Below, in pieces: positions 1-9,821 of a stretch of DNA of 64,000 bases. Below the pieces are notes generated by a model, which did no database searches, had not been told where the DNA came from, and worked only from the letters and a program-made list of their open reading frames with translations. The translations under genes and the position numbers were made by a program. Source of the stretch: Moraxellaceae bacterium (GTDB taxonomy: Bacteria; Pseudomonadota; Gammaproteobacteria; Pseudomonadales; Moraxellaceae); NCBI GenBank assembly GCA_049301135.1, contig JBAQKP010000044.1, positions 10,460 to 74,459 on the forward strand, written 5' to 3'. How positions within the stretch are numbered: the stretch's first letter is position 1; every line of letters begins with the position of its first letter.

Positions 1-1
1 C

Positions 2-634
2 TTGTTGACGCTGCCGTATTGGGTCGGTGTGTCGATCACGTCGCTGTTATTGGTCGGCGTGTTGTGGGTGCTGCATGATCGGCGTTTGCCGATGGATGCG
101 CTGTTGGCGCTGTGTGCGTCATCGTTGTTGTGTTCCGGCTTGCTGCTGATCAACGCACTCCCTGCGGTACAGCCTGCGTTGTTGGCGTATTTATTTGGTG
201 ATTTACTCGCATTGGAATGGGCAGATCTGCCGCTGTTGCTGGCTGTTACACTGTTTGGTTTAACCGTGCTGGGTTATGTCTGGCGTGATCAGTTGTTGGT
301 GGCGGTGGACGCTGATTTGGCCGCGTCGAGTGGCGTGAGTCCAAGTCGGCAGCGTTTGATTTTTATGCTGTTGTTGGCGTTATTTACCGTGTTGGCGTTG
401 AAAGCGGTTGGTAGCCTACTGATGGGCGCATTGCTGGTGATTCCGGCGTTGACGGCACGTCTGCTCGCGCACTCACCCAAGCAAATGGTGTTATGGGCGT
501 TTGGCTTGGCACAATTGGGACTCGCTGTCGGCTTGTGGGGCAGTGCATGGCTAAATGTTTCGACCGGCCCTGCGATTGTGTTGGGCATGGCGTTGTGTTT
601 TTTAGCGGTGTTTGGCTGGAAAAAGCTGGTATAA
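2..634 (+). CDS. znuB: ABC-3 family metal (Zn/Mn) ABC transporter permease, C-terminal part (5' end lies outside the window)
   Basis: The ORF is open at the window edge. The product is polytopic and hydrophobic, with the ZnuB-type segment LLMGALLVIPALTARLLAHSPKQM. Confidence 0.7.
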   Translation: MLTLPYWVGVSITSLLLVGVLWVLHDRRLPMDALLALCASSLLCSGLLLINALPAVQPALLAYLFGDLLALEWADLPLLLAVTLFGLTVLGYVWRDQLLVAVDADLAASSGVSPSRQRLIFMLLLALFTVLALKAVGSLLMGALLVIPALTARLLAHSPKQMVLWAFGLAQLGLAVGLWGSAWLNVSTGPAIVLGMALCFLAVFGWKKLV

Positions 635-638
635 CCCG

Positions 639-1232
639 CTACATCGCCACATATCTGGGTTGTGCGGCAACTCTGTCAAGCCACATTTGGATCGCAGGAT
701 AGGTAGACAAATCAAACCCGCCCTCATGTGCAACATGGGTATAAGCATACAAACTAATATCTGCGGTGGTGAAAGTTTGCCCGATCAAGTACGGCGTTTG
801 CTCAAGCTGTTGGTTCATCACTGCTAGGGCGCGATGTCCACCGGTTTGCTTGGCCTGATATTCCGCCCGACGCGTTTCTGGTAAACCCAGATATTTTGCG
901 ATAAATCGAGCCACCGCAATATAAGGCTCATGACTGTATTGCTCAAAAAATTGCCATTGCAGCAGCTTAGCAAATGCAAAAGAATTGGTCGGCAACAACT
1001 CAGAACCTGTCGCCAAATAATTGATAATCGCATTCGACTCAGATAAACAGCGGCCGTCATCCAATTCTAACAGCGGAATTTTGCCGAGTGGATTCTTGGC
1101 CAAAAAGGCCGCTTGTTGCGTATCGCCAGCCAAAATATCGACATGAACCCATTGGTGTGGAAGTTGCAACAGATGACAGACCAGCTTGATTTTGTAGCAA
1201 TTACCAGATTGTGTATCACCGAATACTTTCAT
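639..1232 (-). CDS. Glutathione S-transferase
   Basis: The N-terminal thioredoxin-like GST motif is present (MKVFGDTQSGNCYKIKL...AKNPLGKIPLLELDDGRCLSESNAIINYL), followed by a helical C-terminal domain. I placed the start at the internal ATG (MKVFG) rather than at the ORF-track start. Confidence 0.85.
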   Translation of the reverse strand: MKVFGDTQSGNCYKIKLVCHLLQLPHQWVHVDILAGDTQQAAFLAKNPLGKIPLLELDDGRCLSESNAIINYLATGSELLPTNSFAFAKLLQWQFFEQYSHEPYIAVARFIAKYLGLPETRRAEYQAKQTGGHRALAVMNQQLEQTPYLIGQTFTTADISLYAYTHVAHEGGFDLSTYPAIQMWLDRVAAQPRYVAM

Positions 1233-1447
1233 GAGATTGCGTTGTCTATTGTTGTTGGTTGCTCCGAGCGTAAAACCTATCAGGATAGAACACAAGACTG
1301 AATGTCAGACGAGATCAAAAATACCGATGAGAAATCACTCACCCTTGCATCATATCGCTCCTGTTGTTCGGCGTGCTGGGTGGTTCACATTTAAAAGCCG
1401 AAATTTGCTATATTATTCGGCTTTATTGACCAGCCGATTTGCCCGTT

Positions 1448-3241
1448 ATGAACACTGCGATCCAGACTGCACTTGCCACCGCGCTTGACTCACTGCAACA
1501 ACAAGGGATTTTGCCTGCTGATTGGCAAGACCGCAGCGTGTTAAATCGCACCAAAGACCGCAGTCATGGCGATTTTGCCAGCAACGTCGCAATGTTGGGT
1601 GCCAAACCCGCCGGTTTAAAGCCGCGTGAACTGGCCGAAAAAATCCTTGCCGCATTGCCCGCATCCGCCGAGATTGCCAAAGTCGAAATTGCGGGTGCAG
1701 GCTTTATTAATTTCTTTTTAAATGCCGATCAACGCGTTGCGGTGCTGGATCAAATCTCCGACCAAGCCGATCAGTTTGGTGAAAACCAAGCGCACGCCGG
1801 TAAACGTGTCCAAGTCGAGTTTGTCTCAGCCAATCCGACCAGTTCGCTGCATGTTGGACATGGTCGTGGTGCAGCATATGGCATGACCGTAGCGCGTTTG
1901 TTAGAGGCGACCGGCTATCAAGTCGAGCGTGAATACTATGTGAATGATGCCGGTCGGCAGATGGATATTTTGGCGACCAGTACCTTTTTGCGTTACCTTG
2001 AAATCAACGGCGCGAGTTTTACTTTTCCATCGAATGGCTATCGCGGCGACTATGTGTTTGATATTGCCAAAGTCGTGCAAGATGCACATGGTGCGGATTT
2101 TGTGCGCGATATCAACGCGATGTTTGCTGACGTACCGGCTGATGCGGTATATGGCGAGCCAGACGCAGAGGGCAAAAAACCACTACTGTCCGGCGATAAA
2201 GAAAAACATATTGATGGCCTGATTGCCAACGCGCAGCGCTTGCTCGGTGCGGATGCCTATCGGGTGTTCCATCAGACGGCATTAAATAGCATTTTGGCTG
2301 ACATTAAAGACGATCTGGCCGAGTTTGGCGTGAGCTTTGATCAGTGGTTTAGCGAAGCCACCCTAAATAGCAAAATCACCGAAGCGTTAGAGGTTTTACA
2401 AGCCAACGGCCATCTGTATGTCAAAGACGACGGCAATACATGGTTTAAATCAACTGATTTTGGCGATGAAAAAGACCGCGTGGTCAAACGCGCTAATGGC
2501 CAAACCACTTATTTTGCGGCCGATATTGCCTATCACCTGAACAAATACCAGCGTGGCCTTGACCAGATTATTGACATCTGGGGTGCTGATCATCACGGCT
2601 ATATTGCACGGGTCAAAGCAGCGATTGCTGCGATGGGCTACGATCCGGCCAAGCTCACCGTGTTGTTGGTGCAGTTTGTTAGCCTATGGCGTGGCGGTGA
2701 GCAAGTACAAATGTCGTCGCGCTCAGGGCAGTTTGTTGAGCTGCGTGAGTTGCGCAAGGAAGTCGGCAACGACGCTGCGCGGTTTTATTATGTGATGCGT
2801 AAAAGCGAACAGCATATTGATTTTGATCTGGATTTGGCGGTATCGCAGGATAAGAATAATGCGGTGTACTATATTCAGTACGCCCATGCGCGGATCTGTC
2901 GGATGCTGGAAAAGCTGGCTGATCAAGGCAACGCGCTGGATCAAGTGGCTGGCCGTGCGGCTGCCGGCCGTTTGGTTGAGCCGGTCGAAACCGAACTGCT
3001 GGTGAAGCTGGCCGCCTATCCAGATATCGTGGCGCGGGCGGCAGAACAGTACGAGCCGCATCAGTTGGGCAACTACCTGAAAGAATTGGCCGCGTTGTTT
3101 CATGGTTGGTATAACGAGCATAAAGTGCTGTGTGATGACGCTGAGTTGATGCAGGCACGTTTGTTGTTATCGGTGTCAGTACAGCAAGTGGTTAAAAATG
3201 GTTTGTTGTTACTCGGTGTGTCTGCGCCAGACAGCATGTAA
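1448..3241 (+). CDS. argS: Arginine--tRNA ligase
   Basis: The class I HIGH motif (SANPTSSLHVGHGRGA) and an MSSRSG (KMSKS-like) motif are present. Length and overall sequence are typical of ArgRS. Confidence 0.95.
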   Translation: MNTAIQTALATALDSLQQQGILPADWQDRSVLNRTKDRSHGDFASNVAMLGAKPAGLKPRELAEKILAALPASAEIAKVEIAGAGFINFFLNADQRVAVLDQISDQADQFGENQAHAGKRVQVEFVSANPTSSLHVGHGRGAAYGMTVARLLEATGYQVEREYYVNDAGRQMDILATSTFLRYLEINGASFTFPSNGYRGDYVFDIAKVVQDAHGADFVRDINAMFADVPADAVYGEPDAEGKKPLLSGDKEKHIDGLIANAQRLLGADAYRVFHQTALNSILADIKDDLAEFGVSFDQWFSEATLNSKITEALEVLQANGHLYVKDDGNTWFKSTDFGDEKDRVVKRANGQTTYFAADIAYHLNKYQRGLDQIIDIWGADHHGYIARVKAAIAAMGYDPAKLTVLLVQFVSLWRGGEQVQMSSRSGQFVELRELRKEVGNDAARFYYVMRKSEQHIDFDLDLAVSQDKNNAVYYIQYAHARICRMLEKLADQGNALDQVAGRAAAGRLVEPVETELLVKLAAYPDIVARAAEQYEPHQLGNYLKELAALFHGWYNEHKVLCDDAELMQARLLLSVSVQQVVKNGLLLLGVSAPDSM

Positions 3242-3298
3242 GCTGTTGTGACGATGTGTTGATTTGGCTGGCTGCGATGATTCGACAGGAGTAAGCAG

Positions 3299-3958
3299 GT
3301 GTTCGGTAAAACCCCAAAACGTGGTGCGGTACAACGTCCTGCACAATCGCAGCAACCGCAAAAACTGATCCCAAATTGGCTGTGGATGCTGTTTGGCACG
3401 CTGGTTGGCCTGTCGATTGCGGTGCTGTTGTTCTTGTGGCAACCGTGGCAACCCGCCGAGCGTGCCGATCCGACGGCGGTTGCCACTCTGCCCGAGCAGC
3501 CTGAACCAGCAGAAGGCAAAGCGGATTATCAGTTTTATGATTTGTTGCCGAAGCAGCAGGTGACACCCGTGCCGGATCAAGAGGTGCCACTCTCGACCAA
3601 TCGGGATGCAGAGCCATTGCCCAGCCCACTGCCGGTCGAGGAAGCAGCACCGGAGGCTGTGTTGACCGCGCAAAACCAAGCCACCCCCGATCCGTTTGAG
3701 GCGGGTGCTGAGATTGAACGTGCGCCACAGTATGTGTTGCAGATCAATAGCTTTCAGAATCCAGATGAGGCCGACCGGCAGCGCGCTGAGGTGCTATTGG
3801 TTGGCTTGTCAGCCGATGTGCGCCAGCATGTCGATGCGGTCGGTGTGCGTTGGTATCGGGTGGTGTCGGGCCCGTACTTGAGTCGTGATGAGGCACAAAA
3901 TGCCCATCGCTTGCTACAAGACAGCGGCATTGCAGCATTGGTGGTCGAGCAGCGTTAA
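3299..3958 (+). CDS. SPOR domain-containing cell-division/peptidoglycan-binding protein
   Basis: GTG start, one N-terminal TM helix, a P/E/Q-rich linker and a C-terminal SPOR-like segment (YVLQINSFQNPDEADRQRAEV...WYRVVSGPYLSRDEAQ). Its position after argS matches pseudomonads. Confidence 0.8.
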   Translation: MFGKTPKRGAVQRPAQSQQPQKLIPNWLWMLFGTLVGLSIAVLLFLWQPWQPAERADPTAVATLPEQPEPAEGKADYQFYDLLPKQQVTPVPDQEVPLSTNRDAEPLPSPLPVEEAAPEAVLTAQNQATPDPFEAGAEIERAPQYVLQINSFQNPDEADRQRAEVLLVGLSADVRQHVDAVGVRWYRVVSGPYLSRDEAQNAHRLLQDSGIAALVVEQR

Positions 3959-3974
3959 ACGGTTTTTTTAAGCC

Positions 3975-4010
3975 AAAAAAGCCGCAGTTCATTCAGAGCT
4001 GCGGCTTTTT
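3975..4010. terminator. Bidirectional rho-independent terminator between the SPOR gene and the SDR gene
   Basis: The stem GCCGCAG (3981-3987) / CTGCGGC (3999-4005) is flanked by an A-run upstream and a T-run downstream. Confidence 0.7.
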
Positions 4011-4035
4011 GATGGGCTGTCGTTGCGTTAGCGGT

Positions 4036-4872
4036 TTAGCGACCGGCTTGCATCTTCGTCGCCGCAGTAAAAATACGCTGATAGGCAGTCGGGATAATCC
4101 GCTGCATCAGGTCGAGTGCTTTGGCATCGTTACCGATCAACACGCGACGGGCATCGCGCTGTACCGCATCCAAGATCACGCGGGCAGCTTCTTCTGGTGG
4201 CGTGCGCAGCAGCTTGTCAAAATTTTGGATGCTTTTTTGGGCATCCATACCCAGTGTCGATAGGTTGTCTTTCATGCGTGCGGCTTTGGCGATGTTGGTA
4301 CGAATCCCGCCTGGGTGCACACAGGTCACGCTGACGCCACATTTTTGCATGTCGAGTTCTTGGCGCAGCGCTTCGGTAAAGCCGCGCACCGCAAATTTAC
4401 TGGCGTTATAAGCACTTTGGGTCGGCTGTGCGGTCAGACCGAACAGACTAGAAATGTTCACAATATGGCCTTCACCAGCTTGTTTGATCAGTGGCAAGAA
4501 TTCTTTGGTCCCATACACCACGCCCCAAAAGTTAATCCCCATCAGCCATTCAAGGTCGGCATATTCCATGCCTTCGACCGTACTGCCAAGTGCCACACCT
4601 GCGTTGTTAAAAATCAGATTAACTTTGCCATGATCTTGTACGGTTTGTTGCGCCCACTCGGCGACTTGCTCACGTTGTGCAACATCGACGATTTGGCTGG
4701 TGACTTTCACTGAGTAAGCATTCAGCAGTTGCTGCGTCGCTTGCAAGCCTTGCGCATTGACATCGCTTAAAGACAAATGGCAGCCTGCTTTTGCGAGCAA
4801 TACCGCCAGTTGTTGGCCAATGCCTGAGCCTGCGCCGGTAATTGCAGCAACCTTGTTGTTAAAATCTTTCAT
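4036..4872 (-). CDS. Short-chain dehydrogenase/reductase (SDR) family oxidoreductase
   Basis: It carries the TGAGSGIG cofactor motif, NNAG, and the S...YNASK catalytic motif. Confidence 0.9.
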   Translation of the reverse strand: MKDFNNKVAAITGAGSGIGQQLAVLLAKAGCHLSLSDVNAQGLQATQQLLNAYSVKVTSQIVDVAQREQVAEWAQQTVQDHGKVNLIFNNAGVALGSTVEGMEYADLEWLMGINFWGVVYGTKEFLPLIKQAGEGHIVNISSLFGLTAQPTQSAYNASKFAVRGFTEALRQELDMQKCGVSVTCVHPGGIRTNIAKAARMKDNLSTLGMDAQKSIQNFDKLLRTPPEEAARVILDAVQRDARRVLIGNDAKALDLMQRIIPTAYQRIFTAATKMQAGR

Positions 4873-4952
4873 GTGTGTGCCTCATGCCTACTGAATAAGT
4901 CGAAGTCGCGGATGAAGTTGCGACTTCAGCCAGCCTGACTTACTATAGTTGC

Positions 4953-4970
4953 TGACAATGATGATTGTCA
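4953..4970. promoter_or_regulatory. Candidate TetR operator in the divergent SDR/TetR intergenic region
   Basis: Perfect 7-bp inverted repeat TGACAAT-gatg-ATTGTCA. A second 8-bp inverted repeat, GAAGTCGC/GCGACTTC, lies at 4902-4927. Confidence 0.4.
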
Positions 4971-5028
4971 ACAATTACGATAAAATCGGTTGGCCGTGTT
5001 ATGATGGCAAACGTTATGGCATGAAACG

Positions 5029-5760
5029 ATGGCAATAAGCATCATGACTGAGCAAAATAAGCAAACAGCGCCGCCAACGATGGCGACTGCTGCGCTAGAG
5101 TCGGCACCGGAAAAAACCGTGCGTCGGCGTAACTTTCGCGGCTTAAGCCTTGAGCAACGCCAAGGGGAGCGACGCGAGCGGTTGATCGCGGCAGGCTTGC
5201 AAGTCTATGGCACGCATGGATTTTTTTCGGTCACCGTGCGCGATGTCTGTGCCGAAGCCAAGCTGACCGAGCGCTATTTTTATGAGTCGTTTAAAAACAG
5301 TGAGCAACTGTTTAAGGCGATTTATATGCAGTTGATTGAGCAACAGCAGCAGGTGGTGATGTCTGCCGTGATGCAGGCTGCCGGCCGCCCGCATGAGCAG
5401 ATGATTCGTGCGGGCTTGACGGTGTTTTTACGCGGCTTACAAGAAGATCCTCGCATGGCGCGGATTTTATTCATTGATGCGGTGTTGGTCAGTGAGTTAT
5501 ATGGCACGACGATTATCGATGCGGTCTCTCGTTTTGATCGGATGATTCAGGGCTTTATGCTGCTGATGCTACCCGATGCACATCGACATGGCGTGCAGTT
5601 ATCATTGGTTTCGACCGGCCTGAATGGTTACGTCACGCATATCGTGATTCGCTGGGTCATGGGGGGCTTTAAAGAGTCGTTTGAGGAGGTGCTAAATGCC
5701 TGTCAGGTGGTGTATACCGCGTTTTTGAGCCTGTTACAGTCACCCGCAGAGCTACCTTAA
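5029..5760 (+). CDS. TetR/AcrR family transcriptional regulator
   Basis: An N-terminal TetR-type HTH is present (RRERLIAAGLQVYGTHGFFSVTVRDVCAEAKLTERYFYESFKNSEQLF). The gene is divergent from the SDR gene. The start could instead be the internal ATG at 5044. Confidence 0.85.
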   Translation: MAISIMTEQNKQTAPPTMATAALESAPEKTVRRRNFRGLSLEQRQGERRERLIAAGLQVYGTHGFFSVTVRDVCAEAKLTERYFYESFKNSEQLFKAIYMQLIEQQQQVVMSAVMQAAGRPHEQMIRAGLTVFLRGLQEDPRMARILFIDAVLVSELYGTTIIDAVSRFDRMIQGFMLLMLPDAHRHGVQLSLVSTGLNGYVTHIVIRWVMGGFKESFEEVLNACQVVYTAFLSLLQSPAELP

Positions 5761-5800
5761 GCCGCAGTTTGCTCTGATTCAGTCTGATGATCAGCCCGTG

Positions 5801-7327
5801 TTATTCTGGCTCAGTCGGGTCATCGTCTTCGCCGAGGCCGAGTTTTTTCAGTCGATAGCGCAACGAGCGAAAACTCATCCCCAGTTTTTTGGCGGCGGCC
5901 GTGCGATTCCAGTGGCTTTGCTCAAGTGCCCGCAAAATCATCTGTTTTTCAAGGTTTTGTAAATACAGCTCTAGACCTTCTACGGGCAAGCTCAGGGGTT
6001 GACCGACACTATACGGCGGTTCGCTCGGCATGGCGATCAGATTGGCAGATCTACTGCTCAGATCACTGGTGGCGCTATGGCCAGAGGTTGCCTTCTGTGG
6101 TTCATGGTCAAGCTGAAGAATGGGGAAGTCATCTTCATCGAATGGCATGGCTTGCGATGGTTTACTCGGGTTAGATAGTTGTAATTGCAAATGTTCCGGT
6201 AAAATTAAATCGCCTTCGCACAGGGTCAGTGCGCGCTCTAAGGTGTTTTGCAGTTCACGCACGTTACCCGGAAAATTATATTGTGCAATCACCGCCTGCG
6301 CCGCTGCTGACAGTTTGGGTGCGCTGATATTCCAATCCTGACACAGCCGTTTGAGCAAGCTATCCGCCAATAATAAGATATCGCCCTCACGGTCGCGTAA
6401 GGGTGGCAGTGACAGCTCAATCACATTGATTCGATAAAATAAATCTTGGCGAAACTGGCCACTATCGACCATTTTTTGTAGGTTTTTATGGGTTGCACTC
6501 AGCAGCCGAACATCGACTGCAATCTCTTGTTGCCCACCAATCGGGCGCACCTTTTTTTCCTGAATAGCGCGCAGTAGTTTGACCTGCATACTGAGCGGTA
6601 AGTCGGCAACTTCGTCCAAAAACAGCGTGCCGCCATTGGCCGATTGAAATAAGCCTTTTTTATCTTCAGTTGCGCCGGTAAAACTGCCTTTTTTATGGCC
6701 AAAAAACTCGCTTTCCATCAGTTCGGCCGGAATCGCCCCACAGTTGACCGGCACAAACGCCGCCTGACTGCGTGGCCCAAGCTGATGAATCAACGAAGCG
6801 ACCACTTCCTTGCCGGTACCAGACTCGCCGCTGATATACACCGGCGCTTGTGAGCGTGCCAGCTTGTGTAACATGGTACGAAGCTGCTGCATCACACTGG
6901 ATTGGCCGATCAGTCGTTGCTCGCTCATCGAATCACCGGCTGGGCTGGCGGTCGCTGAGCGATGCACCTGTAGCGCGTGCTCGACCAGTTCTTTGAGGCG
7001 CGGCATATCGACTGGCTTACTGACAAAATCAAATGCACCGGCCTTCAGTGCATCAATCGCCAAGTCCATGCTGCCGTAAGCGGTAATCACCGCGACTGGT
7101 AAGTCAGGATGTTGCTCGGCAATCTGTTGTACCAGTTGTAAGCCGCTGCCATCGGGCAAATTTAGGTCTGTTAAACAAATATCAAAATGCTGGCGGCTTA
7201 ACAGTTGGCGGGCTTCGGCAAGATTTTGGGCGAGTAAGCAATCAATCCCCATCCGCATTAAGGACAGGCGCATCAGGGTGCGTAGATCTTCTTCATCATC
7301 GACAATTAACGCAAGCTGGCGAGCCAC
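5801..7327 (-). CDS. pilR: Sigma-54-dependent response regulator, PilR-type (NtrC family)
   Basis: It has a REC domain, an AAA+ domain with GESGTGKE and GAFTGA-like (GSFTGA) motifs, and a C-terminal Fis-type HTH. It lies immediately downstream of a PilS-like kinase. Confidence 0.8.
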   Translation of the reverse strand: MARQLALIVDDEEDLRTLMRLSLMRMGIDCLLAQNLAEARQLLSRQHFDICLTDLNLPDGSGLQLVQQIAEQHPDLPVAVITAYGSMDLAIDALKAGAFDFVSKPVDMPRLKELVEHALQVHRSATASPAGDSMSEQRLIGQSSVMQQLRTMLHKLARSQAPVYISGESGTGKEVVASLIHQLGPRSQAAFVPVNCGAIPAELMESEFFGHKKGSFTGATEDKKGLFQSANGGTLFLDEVADLPLSMQVKLLRAIQEKKVRPIGGQQEIAVDVRLLSATHKNLQKMVDSGQFRQDLFYRINVIELSLPPLRDREGDILLLADSLLKRLCQDWNISAPKLSAAAQAVIAQYNFPGNVRELQNTLERALTLCEGDLILPEHLQLQLSNPSKPSQAMPFDEDDFPILQLDHEPQKATSGHSATSDLSSRSANLIAMPSEPPYSVGQPLSLPVEGLELYLQNLEKQMILRALEQSHWNRTAAAKKLGMSFRSLRYRLKKLGLGEDDDPTEPE

Positions 7328-7338
7328 AACGCGATTCC

Positions 7339-8976
7339 TTACACAGATTGAGAGGGCAGAGTGAATTTTTCCGCAGTATATGGGGCAAACACCAGTCGAA
7401 AGCAGGCGCCAGACGCTTGTGGCACATGAAATAAGTTGGCGCCATTGGCATCACAAATTGCCCGTGACAAGTATAACCCCAAGCCAGTGCCAGTGGATTC
7501 TGTGGTAAAAAACGGCTCAAATAACGTCCGCTGTGCCAGTTCACTGACCCCTGCACCTTGGTCAATCACATCAAGACTGATTCGGCCAGACTCATCCGCG
7601 CTAGCCGCCAAGCGTACCATCGGCTGCTCATGTAACTTAGCGCCATGGTGTAGCGCATTTTGAATCAGATTCACCAACACTTGTTCAAGTTGTTCGGGAT
7701 CAAATTGCACCCAAAGCTCTGGCTGTAAGCGCCAGTCGAATTGAGCGTATTGTTGCGCAAACAGTTGCTTCAGGATCTTGGGGAGCCATAAGTCTAGCGC
7801 GATCAATTGCGGCTCAGCACGCTCGCGCCGCGACAGTTGTAGCACATCTTCAATAATCCGATTCATCCGCTTGCTTTGCTTACGGATCATCAGCACCAGT
7901 TCAAGATCACTGGCATCGTGCAAGTTGCTGTGTAGGAGCTCACTGGCTTGACTGATGGCGGCCAGTGGATTGCGAATTTCATGCGCGATACTGGCAGTCA
8001 GTCGGCCAAGCGACGCCAATTTAAGCTGTTGCGCTTGCTGGTTGACCCGTTCTAGTCCTTCAATCATCAGTAGGGTGACGTTTTGCACATCGTTGGCTTT
8101 AAGTTGGCTAAACTGCACGCCGAGTGCTTGGCGTTGCCCTTGGGGATCTTGTGGCAGGGTAAAGTAGTCGGCAATCCCATATTCGGTTTGTTGCATCTGT
8201 TCCGCCAGCAGCGGGCAGAGGGTGGCCAGTGGTTGTCCTGCGCGTAATCGTGGCTGGTGTAGCAGTTGTTGTGCCGCTTGATTGACCAATAAAATTTGTT
8301 GTTGTGCATCAATCACCAAGACACCCGACTGCATCCGCTCAATAATGCGTTGGTTGAGCGCCTGTAGTTGCCGGACGTGTTGCGCTTGGGTGACCGCAAT
8401 CCGCTCGACCAAGCGTAGCCGCTGCACCACTTGGCGGGTCAGCAGTGACACGCCTAAAAAACTGATCGCCAGCAGCACCGCACCACTGATATTACGGATG
8501 TCGGCATTATCAAACAGCGCAAAGAAAAATTGCTGCCAGACCACCGTGATTACCGCAAACAGCACCACCACGAAGGCACGACCCGACGGTAATAAAATAT
8601 TCGCCGCGACCACCACCACCAGATACAGCATCGACATCTGTAGGCTGGGGCCACCATTGGCATGCAGCATCAGTGACAGTGCCAACACATCGACAATCAG
8701 CATCACAAAGATTTGATTTTCTTGTTGATACGGCCAGTGCCGCAGTGTGATATAGGCCAACAGGCACGCAAAACAATAGCCCGCAATCGCCTGTAAATAT
8801 AAATACGGCGCATTACTGCCGACGACGGGATTACTCACCGTCAGCAAAAACAACAAAATCAAAAAGAACGACAGCGAGATGCGATAGGCGGCATAAATCA
8901 AGGCCAGCCGATTCAGAATCTCCGGATCGGCACTGGGCAGTCGGCTCATCGGTGACATCCACATGGGGTTGGGCAT
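7339..8976 (-). CDS. pilS: Sensor histidine kinase, PilS-type
   Basis: About 6 N-terminal TM helices, a PAS-like linker, an H-box (LGRLTASIAHEIRNPL) and HATPase N/G boxes. It is paired with the pilR-like gene. Confidence 0.78.
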   Translation of the reverse strand: MPNPMWMSPMSRLPSADPEILNRLALIYAAYRISLSFFLILLFLLTVSNPVVGSNAPYLYLQAIAGYCFACLLAYITLRHWPYQQENQIFVMLIVDVLALSLMLHANGGPSLQMSMLYLVVVVAANILLPSGRAFVVVLFAVITVVWQQFFFALFDNADIRNISGAVLLAISFLGVSLLTRQVVQRLRLVERIAVTQAQHVRQLQALNQRIIERMQSGVLVIDAQQQILLVNQAAQQLLHQPRLRAGQPLATLCPLLAEQMQQTEYGIADYFTLPQDPQGQRQALGVQFSQLKANDVQNVTLLMIEGLERVNQQAQQLKLASLGRLTASIAHEIRNPLAAISQASELLHSNLHDASDLELVLMIRKQSKRMNRIIEDVLQLSRRERAEPQLIALDLWLPKILKQLFAQQYAQFDWRLQPELWVQFDPEQLEQVLVNLIQNALHHGAKLHEQPMVRLAASADESGRISLDVIDQGAGVSELAQRTLFEPFFTTESTGTGLGLYLSRAICDANGANLFHVPQASGACFRLVFAPYTAEKFTLPSQSV

Positions 8977-8989
8977 GTTTGGGTCGCCA

Positions 8990-9625
8990 CTAAGGATTAA
9001 TCAGGCCGTGCCGCATGGCCAAATGAGTCAGTTTGACATCACTGTCGATATTGAGCTTCTCAAAAATCCGATAGCGATAGGTATTGACGGTTTTAACACT
9101 GACAAACAAGCGGTCGGCGATTTCTTGCGCACTGACGCAGTTGACTACCATCATCGCCACCTGCATCTCACGTTCAGACAATAAGTCAAACGGCGAGTTT
9201 TGTTGGTCAGACAGATAGCTGGCCGCCAACTGCTCTGCGATGTCAGCACTGAAATATTTGCCACCTTGCATCACTTTCCGGATCGCCCGCACCATTTCTT
9301 CGAGTGGTGCGCCCTTGGTGATGTAACCGCGCGCACCGGCTTTGAGCAATAAAGACGGATAAGGCTCTTCGGCCAAACCACTGACTGCCAGTATGCGCAG
9401 GTCTGGTGCGTACTGTAACAGGCGACGAGTGGTTTCTACCCCACCAATACCCGGCATGTTGACATCCAGTAGCACCACATCTGGACAATTTTTGCGTGCA
9501 AAATCAATTGCTGCTTCGCCAGAATCGACTTGAGCGACCACTTCGATACCACTGGTATCACTCAGCATCCGACAGATTCCCATGCGAACCAGTTCGTGAT
9601 CATCGACCACTAATACTTTGATCAA
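8990..9625 (-). CDS. gacA: LuxR/FixJ-family response regulator, GacA/UvrY-type
   Basis: A REC domain (IKVLVVDDHELVR...) is followed by a C-terminal LuxR HTH (LSEREMQVAMMVVNCVSAQEIADRLFVSVKTVNTYRYRIFEKL). I chose the TTG start at 9625, which is preceded by an AGGGAG RBS. Confidence 0.8.
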   Translation of the reverse strand: MIKVLVVDDHELVRMGICRMLSDTSGIEVVAQVDSGEAAIDFARKNCPDVVLLDVNMPGIGGVETTRRLLQYAPDLRILAVSGLAEEPYPSLLLKAGARGYITKGAPLEEMVRAIRKVMQGGKYFSADIAEQLAASYLSDQQNSPFDLLSEREMQVAMMVVNCVSAQEIADRLFVSVKTVNTYRYRIFEKLNIDSDVKLTHLAMRHGLINP

Positions 9626-9821
9626 GTGTGACTCCCTTTGCAATCAGTCGAGTTTTTTGTTAAAGATGGTGAATACGCTTGCACTATGGGTTGCTGTTTC
9701 GTCATCCTAGCGTAATTCGTGATCCAGATACACCTTTGTGACGGCGTGATGTGCGGCCAATGACCTTCGTCAATGATGCCGTAACGTGTTTGCCCGTTCA
9801 ACCGCCAGCAGGATGCCTTCC

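Noticed and set aside
1394-1424. A 9-bp-stem hairpin, AAAGCCGAA...TTCGGCTTT, that looks like a terminator between the GST gene and argS.
   Set aside because: It lies in a divergent promoter region where no upstream gene needs terminating. The loop contains a TATATT -10-like hexamer. Its function is unknown, and it is not supportable as a terminator.
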